From: Mobula birostris
Taxonomy: Eukaryota
Assembly: GCF_030028105.1 (NCBI RefSeq)
Contig: NC_092395.1
Coordinates: forward strand, 43,800,459 to 43,864,458
Length of the DNA: 64,000 bases
Direction: 5' to 3'
The notes beneath the pieces are model-generated. The model did no database searches. It was not told the DNA's origin and worked only from the letters and a program-made list of their open reading frames with translations. The first letter of the stretch is position 1. Every line of letters starts with the position of its first letter. Position numbers and translations under genes: made by a program. This document shows, in pieces, positions 24,416 through 35,300 of the stretch.

Positions 24416-24983
24416 GGAAAACTTTGATCTCATATCATTCATAATCTGAGTGATGAAACAGGGGAGCAGCGAAAATGGAATTATCCACATTTTTAAGAGA
24501 CGTTTAAGTTTCAGGATCTAAAGGAATGATGGAAGATGTTGATGATGTAAAACTCATACATTCAGACATACTCCACAGCATCCACCAGAAAGTTACTCAG
24601 ACAAGCAACATGGCAGAATGTCTGAAACAATTCTCTTTCTGACTGTCACAATTCAAGGACAGCAACAAAGATGATGTCCCTTTAAACTGTCAGTGCCCAA
24701 CAGATTCTGAAAATAGAACGGGTAGAACAGAAACTATGATATTTGGGTAATGTTGTTTAAAATCAGATGGTAATGTCTTGTCTCAGTTCTGGCCAGCCCC
24801 TCGCCTTAAAATAACAGTTCACTTCCTGCTGGGGCTGCAGATGTTTTTTTCAAATGGTTAAACCAGGTTAAGTTTAAATTAGTTTGCTGGACAGCATACT
24901 GCTGAGGGTTTGGAGGACCAATTCTGCACTGTCAGTAAACAAATAAAAATAAATAAACTAGACAGACAGAAACTAGATAGACT

Positions 24984-24989
<6 letters not shown>

Positions 24990-25014
<25 letters not shown>
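24990..25014. repeat. (TG)n microsatellite
   Basis: Seen directly. Confidence 0.9.
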
Positions 25015-26546
25015 CTGTGGACCAGCAGTGGCCAGGGACAGGCAGTTGGATGACATGAGCAACATCACCAGGTAATACTTGCATAATCGCAGACAGACTC
25101 TGATGTCAAGCAATCGCCAATGTGTCCTGCTACATGTTCCCAGAACTACTGTGTAGAGTCAATTAATCTGCCAGCCCTGGAGCACTGTAATGGGGTCTTA
25201 GAGTCTTGCTGTGGATTCTGCAGTCAATGATCACAAGTTTTTAAATTAAAACCCAGGATGTTCTCCTCGAGCAAGAGTAAGGTGGCCTATATAATTTCCT
25301 TCCTCTCAGGCAAGGCCCTTTCACGGGCAATGGCTTTATGGGAGGAGGACGCTCCAGTGTATTCTGAAATAATGTCTGTTTTTTTAAAAATGATGGGGAG
25401 TGTATTGTTTCATCCTGCCAGGGGCTCAGAGTCATCCAGTTGCATCTGGGAATGGATGACTATTCCATTGATTACATATCCTAATGGCAGAGAGTACAGT
25501 GGCATGCAAATGTTTGGGCACCCCAGTCAAAATTTCGGTTACAGTGAGTAGCGAATCGAGTAAAAGATGACTTGATTTCCAGAAAGAATGAAGTTAAAGA
25601 TGACACATTTCTTTAATATTTTAAGCAAGATTACTTTATTATTTCCATATTTTACAGTTTGAAAATAACAAAAAAGGAAAAGGGCCCGAAGCAAAGCTCT
25701 GCATACCCTGCATGGTCGGTACCTAGCAACATCCCCTTTGGTAAGTATCACAGCTTGTAAACACTTTCTGTAGCCAGCTAAGGGTCTTTCAATTTTTGTT
25801 TAGGGGATCTTAGCACATTCTTCCTCGCAAAAGGCTTCTATTTCTGTGAGATTCTTGGGCCATCTTCCATGCACTGCTCTTTTGAGGTCTATCCACAGAT
25901 TCTCGATGATGTTCAGGTTTGGGGACTGTGAGGGCCATGGAACAACCCTCAGCTTGTGCCTCTTGAGGTCTTTCATTGTGGATTTTGATGTGTGTTTAGG
26001 ATCATTATCCTGTTATAGAAACCATCCTCTTTTCATCTTCAGCTTTTTTACAGATGGTGTGATATTTGCTTCCAGAATTTGCTGGTAATTAATTGAATTC
26101 ATTGTTCCCTCTACCAGTGAAATATTCCCCATTCCACTGGCTGCAACACAAGCCCAAAGCATGATCGATCCACACCCATGCTTAACAGTTAGAGAGGTGT
26201 TTTTTTCATGAAATTCTGCACCATTTGTTTTCCAAACATACCTTTGCGCATTGCGGCCAAAAAGTTCTATTTTAACTTCATCAGTCCACAGGACTTGTTT
26301 CCAAATTGCATCAGGCTTGTTTTGATGTTCCCTTGCAAACTTCTGTTGCTGAATTTTGTGTATTGAGGACACAGGAAAGGTTTTCTTCTGATGACTCTTC
26401 CATGAAGGTCATATTTGTGCAGGTGTCACTGCACAGTAGAACAGAGCACCACCACTCCAGAGTCTGCTAAATCTTCCTGAAGATCTTTTGCAGTCAAACG
26501 GGAGTTTTGATTTGCCTTTCTAGCAATCCTACAAGCAGTTCTCTTG

Positions 26547-26647
26547 CAACACACATTAAAGTTGCTGGTGAACACAGCAGGCCAGGCAGCACCTCTAGGA
26601 AGAGGTACAGTCGACGTTTCAGGCCGAGACCCTTGGTCAGGACTAAC
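26547..26647 (-). mobile_element. 101-bp Penelope-like terminal fragment inserted in the Tc1
   Basis: Flanked by a perfect 13-bp direct repeat AGCAGTTCTCTTG (26534-26546 / 26648-26660); homologous to the terminus of the element at 28140-28910. Confidence 0.8.
26608..26645 (-). ncRNA. Minimal hammerhead ribozyme motif (G8 mutated)
   Basis: UAGUC-CUGACCA-AGG(GUCUCGG)CCU-GAAA-CG-UC-GACUG: stem I, core, 3-bp stem II, and palindromic ACGU stem III. The core is CUGACCA instead of CUGANGA. Confidence 0.55.
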
Positions 26648-27940
26648 AGCAGTTCTCTTGGAAAGTTTTCATCGTCTTCCAGACCTCAACGTGACTTCCA
26701 CCATTCCTGTTAACTTTCAATTCTTAATTACATTATGAACTGACGAAACAGGTACATGAAAATGCTTTGCTATCTTCTTATAGCATTCTCCTGATCTGTG
26801 GACTTCATTTACTTTAATTTTCAGAGTGCTAGGCAGCTGCTTAGAGGAGCCCATGGCTGCTGATTGTTGGGACAAGTTTTGAGGAGTCAGGGTATTTTAA
26901 AACTTTGAAATTTGCATCACCTGGCCTTTCCTAATGATGACTGTAAACAAGCCATAGCTCTAACAAACTAATTAAGGTCTGAGGCCTTGGTGAAAGTTAT
27001 CTGCGAGCTCAAATCTCTTGGGGTGCCCAACCTTTTGCATGGTGCTCCTTTCTTTTTTTCACTCTAAAATTGTATAGAAGAAAAATAATACACTAATCTT
27101 GCTTAAAATGTTGAAAAGAATGCTTTGTCTTTAACTTTATGACTTTTAGAGATCAGTTCACCTTCTACTCACTTAACTATTCACTGTAAAAGAAATTTTG
27201 ACCAGCGGTGCCCGAACTTCTGCATGCCACTGTAGGTTTTGGTTGCTCCTTTTAGCCAAGGATAACATTACCAGCTAAAAGACATTCTTGCAACCAGAGT
27301 TTCGTTGAGGATCTGCAGGAATTAAAGGATGTCAGTGTAAGAATCTTCAACTATATTTCTGAAACAAGGCTGGAGAGCGAAGCCGATTTCACCCGGAAGG
27401 CCGATTCTTAGAACTGCCCAATGACTGCTCTGGTTCCTCAACCTGATAACCGATGCAGATCCCTGCAGACATCTCAGGAAGAGCCCATGCAACTTGAAAG
27501 AACCTGGGTCTCCCAGCGGAGCGAGATGGACGTAGGAGGCAGTAGTGTTGCGGATACTGCAGTAAACCCGGCTTTTGAGTGGAAAACCTGCCGTCCAGTG
27601 GAGCAGAACTGGAACACTCTCAAGCTTTTCACCCATTTTGTCATGTATCAGAGGCACCCTCCCATTTTTGTTATCCTGGGGGAGACATCAATATTCTGTG
27701 AGAGCCTTGGCAGCCTCTCATTTCGCGGAAATTTTATTGGCCACCGGACTAGCAAAGAAAATCCAGATACCTAAGGTATACCTCTACCAACCCACCTCTG
27801 CTATGGCCCTGGGTAAGAGATCGTTGGAAACTAGACAAATCTATTATCTGAGTCTCTCTCAGGTTGACTATCGGAAGTCACCAGGATTCGATTCATTTCC
27901 ATTTATTTCACTGTTAGTGCATTCCCTGAATCCTTGGTTA

Positions 27941-30900
27941 CAGCGCCTATGAAATGTATTCAATCCCACTGGAAGTTTTCACGTTTTAGTGATTTACAAC
28001 ATTGAGTCAGTGAATGGAATTTGGCTTTTTTAAAACACTGATCAACAGAAAAAAAGACTATTTCCTGTCAAGGTGAAAACAGATCTCTACAAAGTGATGT
28101 AACTTAATTGCAAAGATAAAACAAAATAATTGACTGCAACAAGAGAAATCTTGCAGATACTAGAAATCACAACAACACATACAAAATGCTGGAGGAACTA
28201 AGCAGGCCAGGCAGCATTTATGGAAAAAAGTACAGTTGATATTCTCGGCTGAGAAACTTCGGCAGGACTGCAGGAAAAGAAGATGAGGAGCAGAGTCAAG
28301 AGGTGGATGGGGACGGGGGTATAAGTGAATAGATAAAAAATAAGATGATAGGTGAAACTGTGAGAGGGAGGGACAAAATCACTGGTGAAAGAGATACAGG
28401 TCTGGAGAAGGTGGAATCTGATAGGAGAGGTCAGAAGGCACTGGAAGGAGGAAAGTGGGGGTGGGGCGGTGTGGAGGAGCACCAGAGGGAAGTGACGAGC
28501 AGGCAGGAAATGTAAGAGAGGGAAAAGAGGTCGGGTATTGGTGAAGGGGGACAGTTATTACCAGTAGTTTGAGAGATCGATATACATGCCATCAGGTTGG
28601 AAGCTACCCAGAGGGAATACGAGGTGTTGTTCTTCCAACCTGATTGTGGTCTTATTGCAACAATAGATGGGGCCATAGATTGAAGTATCTAAATAGGAAT
28701 TGGGACTGGAGTTAAAATTGTTGGCCACAGGGAGATCCTGCTTCTTCTGGCAAATGGAACTTCGATGCTTGGCGATACAGTCTCCCAATCTACATCAGGT
28801 CTTACCAATATACAAGATGCCACACCAGGAACACTGGATGCAGTATATGACCCTAACATACTCAGGGGGGATGTCTCGCCACACCTGGAAAGACTGCTTG
28901 GGACTCTGTTTTTATATTGCCTTGTGTGTGTTTCTTAAATTACTGATTGCATAAGTAGTCACCCTCTAAAAGTCAGTATCTAGTAGAATCATCTTTGGAA
29001 ACAATTACAGCCTTGAGTCTGTGTGAATATTTCTCAATCAGTTTTGCATATCTGAACCCCGCTAGTTTTCCACCTTCTTCTTTACAGAACTGTTCAAGCT
29101 CTGTCAGATTGCATGGGGATCGTGAGTGAACAGCCCTTTTCAAGACTAGCACAAATTCTCAATTTGATTGAGGTCTGGACACTGACTTGGCCACTCCAGG
29201 GCATTAACTTTGTTGTTTTTAAGCCTTCCTTGTGTTGCTTTGGCTTTATGTTTGTGGTCATTTTCTTGCTGGAAAACTAATCTTCTCCCAAGTCACAGTA
29301 CTCTTTTAGACTGGATTAGTTTTCCTCTAGGGTTTTTCTGTATTTTGCTGCATTCATTTTACCATCTACCTTCACAAGCCTTCCAGGGCCTGCTGCAGTG
29401 AAGCATCCCCAGAGCATGATGCAACCTCACCATGCTTCGAGGGAGGGACAGTGTATTTTTGCTGATGTGCGATGTTTGACCTACCAAAAATAATGTTTCG
29501 CCCGATGGCCAAAATGTTCAATATTGGTTTCATTAGACCATTAAACCTTCTTGAAGATGACTTCAAAGTCTTCTACATACCTTCTGGCAAACTCTAGTGG
29601 CTTCTGTTTGCTACTCTTCCATAAAGCTGCAACTGCCAAAGCAACTGGGCAACATTTACTGTCGGTTCAGTCTCTCCCATCTCAGCCACAGAAGCTTTTA
29701 GCTCCTCCAGATTTGTCGTACGTCCTTTGGTGGTCTCCCTCACTAGTTCCCTTCTTGCATGGTCACTCAGTTTTTGAGGATGGCCTGCTCCAGGCAGATT
29801 TACAGCTGTGCCATATTCTTTCCATTTCTTGATGATTAACTTAACTGTACTCCAAGAGATATTCAGAGACTTGGACATTTTCTTGTATCCATTTCCTGGC
29901 AATAATTTTCAATAACCTTTTTGCAGAGTTGCTTGAACTGTTCTTTTGTCTTCATGGTGTAGTTTTTGCCAGGATACTGACTCACCAGCAGTTGGACCTT
30001 CCAGATATAGGTGTATATTTACTACTATCAATTGAAACACCTTGGGGTCATTATCTTGCTGGAAAACAAATGTTCTTCCAACTCACTGTTTTCTTGCAGA
30101 CTGCATTAGGTTTTCCTCCAGGATTTCCCTGTATTTTGCTGCAATCATTTTAACCTCTGCCTTCACAAGTCTTTCAGGGCCTGCTGCAGAGAAGTTCCCC
30201 AGAGCATGATGTAGCCAGCAGCATGCTTCAAGGTAGTTATGGAGTGGTTTTGCTGATGTGTGGTGCTTGGCTTACGTTAAACATAATGTTTAGTGCAATG
30301 GCCAAAATACTAAATACTGGTTTCAGCAGACCATAAAACCTTTTTTGGGCTGACTTCAGAGTCTTCTACATGCCTTCTCGCAATCTCTAGCAGAGATTTC
30401 ATGTGAGTTTTTTTTTTCAACAGTGGCTTTCTCTTTGCCACTCTCCAAAAAGCTGCAGCTGCTGAAGCACCCAGGCAGCAGTTGTTATATGTGCAGTCTC
30501 TCTATTTTCAGCTATTGAAGCCTGTATCTCCTCCAGATTTGTCCTAAGTCACTTGCTGGTCTCCCTCACTAGTTCCCTTCTTGCACGGTCACTCAGTTTT
30601 TGAGGATGGCCTGCTCCAGGCAGATTTACACCTGTGCCATTTCTTGATGATTGACTTAACTGTACTCCAAGAGATAGTCAGTGACTTGGACATTTTCTTG
30701 TATCCATTTCCTGACTCTACTTTTCAATAACCTTTTTACAGAGTTGCTTGGAGTGTTCTTTTGTCTTCATGATGTAGTTTTTGCCAGGATACTGTCTCAC
30801 CAGCATTTGGACCTTCCAGATGCAGGTGGACTTTTAGTACAATCATTGAAACACCTTGGTTATCCACAGGAGATATCCATTTCAATAATTATGTGACTTC

Positions 30901-31161
30901 TAAAACCAATTGGTGGTACCAGTGATGTTTTGGTGTGTCATTTTAAGGGGGTGATACGTATGCAATCAAGTATTTTGTGTTTTATATTTTTTAATTAATT
31001 TAGATCACTTTGTAGAGATATATTTTCACTTTGACATGAAAGAGTCCTTTTCTGTTAATCACTGTCAAAAAAGCCACTGAATTAAATCTACTGTGATTCA
31101 ATGTTGTAAAACAATAATACATGAAAAGCTCCAAGGGGATGAATACTTTTTATTGGCAATA
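27941..31161 (-). mobile_element. Second Tc1-family transposon with an internal duplicated segment and a Penelope insertion
   Basis: TA at 27939-40 and 31162-3; TIRs CAGCGCCTATGAAATGTATTC / gaatactttttattggcaata; HTH ORF 29594-29902 (GYKKMSKSLNISWSTVKLIIKKWKEYG). Confidence 0.8.
28140..28910 (-). mobile_element. Penelope-like element 3' fragment (GIY-YIG endonuclease plus terminal repeat)
   Basis: PKQSFQV..VIYCIQC..LYIG motif, then ORF 28558-28788 (DLPVANNFNS..IRLEEQHLVFPLGSFQPDGMYIDLSNY). Confidence 0.85.
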
Positions 31162-31513
31162 TATTTGTAGTTACAACTTCATAATTTTAGCTTAATTGCT
31201 TCTCCGGTACCATTCCAGTTTGGGTGCCCCTATGCTAATATTTCCCAGAGGCCTGCCTATGTTTCAGAGTGTTCTGCTGTGAACCATGTCAAGTCATCAA
31301 TTGAGTTGCATCCTGACTCCCCAAGGCTGGATGTGTACTGAATGGAGTTGTCTCGAGTGCCTTCAGAGTATTTGGATTTGTTGGGTGTGTCCATCAAGAA
31401 GAGAGCCTCTGCGCCTTCTCCGCATAGGGACTGTCATTGTGCCATCAATTTACAACAGGTATGTGTCCACCATGGGAAGGTTTTGTGCCTCGTCTGTTAC
31501 GGATAGGCAAACA

Positions 31514-32745
31514 ATGGAGCAATATTCTTGGAATTGTGGAGTGACAAAGTTATGGTTATGGCAGGGATCTCTGAGATTAATTGTTAGGAGTATTTTAGAA
31601 GCTGCAAATGACCCTGTCAACAGTAAACAGTGCATAGCCATGTATGAGTTTCCAACATTCATTGGAAGCATTCCTTGTGTTTCTACCTGGCATTCGCAAA
31701 TTAATAATGATTCACTCTGAAGAAGAATCAGACTTTTCTATAAGCTGTCAATGATAAACATCTCATTGTTATTACTATGTGATCTGTTTTTTTTTCAGGC
31801 TTCCCTGATCTATATAAACCAGTTGTAGAAGCAATAAATGATTTTCCAATTCTAACGGAGGAAAAACAAAAGCAGCTCTTCAATCAGAATGTGTGAATGT
31901 CACAAACATGCATTGGAATGGAACCTTTGTACTCAATACTTGGTGCAGGACTGGATACAGGAAAGAGAGAATTGGTGGAAATTGGCAATGCCTGCAACAT
32001 GAACAGTGTCATTCATGTCCTTATCAAGGCTTCTGACCAGACATTCTGTTATGCTACTCAATGAGAGTGATTTACAGTTATTAATGATGACGCTTCAATG
32101 GTTAATTGCTTTCTCGGAACATACCCAGAGACCTACCATCTCTCCTGGCAGCTTGTTGAAAGCTTCATCTCCTCCATGGTTTAATTAACAGGTGCACCAT
32201 AACTGTACAGAGTAGATAAGATACCAATTGGAAAGCTACATAAAGAATGGAATCATAAAGGAATTCTCATAGGCAGGTATATTCAAGCAGTATAGAAGAT
32301 TGAGGTCCAGAAAAAAAACATTAACAGAAAAAAATCTTCAGTTTGGATCCTTTGTTGTTGCTGTTGTAGTGCTGCCTTTCAAGAAGAAGCCTTTACTGAT
32401 CCAGGCCTAGCATTTCCACCACCTAACAATTTCTACAAATATCTGATCGTTCAAGTGACCCTCATATTTCAATGAAGATTCCTAATACGATAATTCAGCA
32501 TCACCAGCTGAGCAACAACATGTGACTGCCAAGACTCCAAATAAACAAGCAAAACAAAATATAAAGAACATTCACTATTGGTGACATTTGAAATAATCAA
32601 TTCCCATGAAAAATGTAAATAGGAGACTGCAGCATCCGGAATTAGTTTCTTGTCACAGAATGATTTTGCAGCAACCTCTGTGGGGAAAATATATGTCCAA
32701 GCAAATTGTAGGGCTGTATCTGTCCTCATCAACTACTTTGTTTCT
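31514..32745 (+). pseudogene. USP35: USP35-like deubiquitinase processed pseudogene (stops, frameshifts, internal deletion)
   Basis: Collinear fragments match recalled vertebrate USP35: LIVRSILEAANDPVNSKQC (N-terminus); FQHSLEAF (31650); SGFPDLYKPVVEAINDFP (31795); W>TGA at 31894; Cys box DTGKRELVEIGNACNMNSVI (Cys 31993); RHSV..LQWLIAFSEHTQRPTISP..PWF; EEAFTDPGLAFPPP (32383); VLINYFVS (32722). No introns between them. Confidence 0.85.
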
Positions 32746-32799
32746 GATATCTGTATCTGTCCTTCCAAGTTAGATTCTATGAGCACTCACTGTGGTTCA

Positions 32800-33290
32800 A
32801 CAGAAATACTATCACATGATATCAGATATGATCATTGTTAAAGGCAGTGTAGAAGTATATGATAACAATGATGAAATTGACAAGTTTTTCCATGAAATCA
32901 GGATACTGCACTGATGCATTTGACAATGTAATGGAAAAAGTTGGGGATGGATGCCTGAGTAGGTTTTCGAATAAAAACTGTCCCACATACCCAACAAAAA
33001 ACAGAGGCATAGCGAGGCCCATGTGAGTACAAATGGTTTTGAACTTCTCGAAAGTTGTTGAAGCTGTTCTCATCCAGACAACTGGAGAGCATTCCATCAC
33101 ACTACTGACTTGAGCCTTGTAGGTGGTGGACAGGACCTGGTGAGTTAAGAGGTAAGATAATGCCCTGAGTATGTAGTCCATTATGTCAAAAGCTTTAATT
33201 CCCACCCTGTCTACCTGTGACTGCACTTTCAGTTAAGCTTGTACTTGTGCTCTAAGGTACGTCTGTTCAACAACACTCCCCAGAGCCCTG
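32800..33290 (-). mobile_element. Old CR1/L2-group LINE relic
   Basis: ORF 32822-33226: ..STTYKAQVSSVMECSPVVWM.. Confidence 0.55.
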
Positions 33291-33299
33291 CCATTCATG

Positions 33300-33900
33300 T
33301 TAAAGTCCTACCTAGATTTGATCTTGCAAAATGCAATGCCTTGCACTTATCCAAATTAAACTCCATTTGACATTCTCCATCTCCCTGTAATTTATAATGA
33401 CCTTCTTCATTATCTGTCCACAATACCACATATTTTACTTTACTGTCATAGAAACATAGAAACATAGGAAACCTACAGCACAATACACACACTTCAGCCC
33501 ACAATGCTGTGCAGAACATGTACGACAAACTTCTGCAAACTTATTAATCATGTCTTGCATGCTCTTTTTCAGATTGTTGATAGAGATGCCAAATATTAAT
33601 GGGCCCAGCAACATTGCCCAAGGTACACCACCAGTAATGGGTACCCAGACTGAGAAACAATTCTCTACTTTGTTTTTGTCCCTCTACTTTTTAATATCAA
33701 GCCAGTGGTGTCACCAATTAGCCAGCTCTTATTGGATTCTATGTGATCCATCCTTCCAGAGCAGCCAAATAAGTGAATATTCAAGACTTTCAGAAGTTCA
33801 TATAAATCACATCTATGGCACTGCCCTCAATGGCTTTCATATATTGCATCATCAAAAATCTTAATCAAGTTCATAAGACATCATCTCCCATACGCAAATC
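33300..33900 (-). mobile_element. CR1 fragments and tail
   Basis: CQMEFNLDKCKALHF motif and an (AGAAACAT)n-type tail at ~33450. Confidence 0.6.
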
Positions 33901-33924
33901 AATGCCAATGCCTCTAATCAACCC

Positions 33925-34050
33925 ATGTCTGGAGCGTCGCAGCCTGAACGTCAACTGTGCTCTTTTCTTTTGATGCTGCCTGTCCCGCTGAGTTCCTCTA
34001 ATACATTGTGTGTGTTGTTTGGATTTCAAGCATCTGCAGGTTTTCTCCTT
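33925..34050 (+). mobile_element. Degenerate Penelope-like terminal repeat
   Basis: ..cctgaacgtcaactgtgctc..gatgctgcctg..ctgagttcctc..tgtgtgttg resembles 26547-26647 in the opposite orientation. Confidence 0.5.
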
Positions 34051-35042
34051 TTCTTGTCTTTCAAGATATGTGCATATCTTATCCCTCAGAATGTTCTCCA
34101 GTAATGGGATTACAGCAAGAAAGTGTCGTTCAGGCCAATATTATGTTACTATGACCTGACTAAATGATGAGGCAGCAAGGGATGGCCATATGGACTGGTC
34201 CTGTCCCCTTCACCAGTGTTCTTTTGCTCAGGGAGAATGATGATCAGACTCAGGTCATGAGGACACAATCTGTGTAGGAATAGGTTTACTGACCACATTT
34301 GTTTACAAATGTCAATGGACGCACCTTCAAATTTCACTGATGGACACATATGTATTTTCTCAATGCCAGTCAGACCCTAACACCACATTTCTCTTGTCTC
34401 TTGCTCAACTCCTCAACACATTCAGGGCTGATTTGTTCTTGGCCTGAACTCTGCCAATCCCAATGTTCCCAGCACAGCCTCAGCTCCATTACAGTGCAAC
34501 ATCTGTCTAGTTCAGACTGAAGTATATTCGATGTCTACTCCTCCATAACTGTCTGAGGTGGAGAATGACACAGGTTCTAGACCCCTGAAGAAGAGTAATT
34601 TTTCCCTAGCTCCTACATTATTGGGACACCCATTGTTCTGAAATTGCATTCCTCGGGAGAATCTGGGCCCCGGGAGTGAGATATCCTCTCAGCATCTATC
34701 CCTTTCCTGCTCCTATATTGTCAGTTCTTATGAAATGTCTCAGTTGCCTGTTTCCTTTGTGATTCCATCATTTCATACTGGTAGCTGAATTATGAGCACT
34801 TTTTTCTCAACAGTTTAAATAAACCGAAAATGAAAAAAAAACACTTTTGGAAAATTTCCATAATCCCTCTCCAGCATCACAATAATATTGAAGCAACAGC
34901 TGAACACTGAACACGGAACCTGACAACCCCATCACACTGGGGTCAGATATGTTTTGGCATCAGAACATTATCATGAGCATAATCTTATCATGTAAATGCC
35001 TACACCTTTAGCAGTGGAAAGGCTCATTTCCATGAAGAGAAT

Positions 35043-35300
35043 GAGGTGGCACAGTTGTGTAGGGATACACACAAATTTTACCATTTACCGAGCTTGAGTT
35101 CCTGATGCTGGCTGTAAGGAGTTTGCACGTTCTCTCCATGACTGCATGGGTTGCTTCCAGCTGATCCAGTTTCCTCCCACTGTCAAAAGATGTACCGCTC
35201 ATAAGGTCATTGTAAATTCACTTGCGATTATGCTAAGGTTAAATTGATGGTGTGCTGTATGGAATGGCTTGAAATGCTCGGAGGACTAACTCCACACTGT
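35043..35300 (+). mobile_element. tRNA-type SINE followed by a (GATA/TAAA)n tract to ~35430
   Basis: ggtggcacag head, ggagtttgcacgttctctcc..gtttcctcccac core. Confidence 0.65.

Larger units (their letters stand above)
25497..27232 (-). mobile_element. Tc1-family DNA transposon (IR/DR type), near full length, inactive
   Basis: TA TSD (25495-6 / 27233-4); TIRs CAGTGGCATGCA..GGGCACC; ~210-bp imperfect ITRs with an inner DR; transposase with WTDEVKIELFG, VKHGCGSIMLW, QDNDPKH and SPNLNIIENLW. Confidence 0.92.
25200..27938 (+). mobile_element. Sushi-like Gypsy LTR retrotransposon gag/protease relic, split by Tc1
   Basis: SKVAYIISFLSGKALS.AMALWE (gag) on the left of the Tc1. On the right: EEPMQLERT, a degenerate zinc knuckle (CCGYCSKPG) and a protease-like YSVRALAAS. 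Confidence 0.7.

Noticed and set aside
25504-25511. Perfect octamer ATGCAAAT (also ATTTGCAT at 20454, ~26901 and ~57111)
   Set aside because: All lie within Tc1, CR1 or the repeated inverted arm, with no associated leader or V exon.
31780-31798. Strong-looking splice acceptor (T9-CAG) before GFPDLY
   Set aside because: USP35-like coding similarity continues upstream through it (..FFSG), so it is coding-derived and not an intron boundary.
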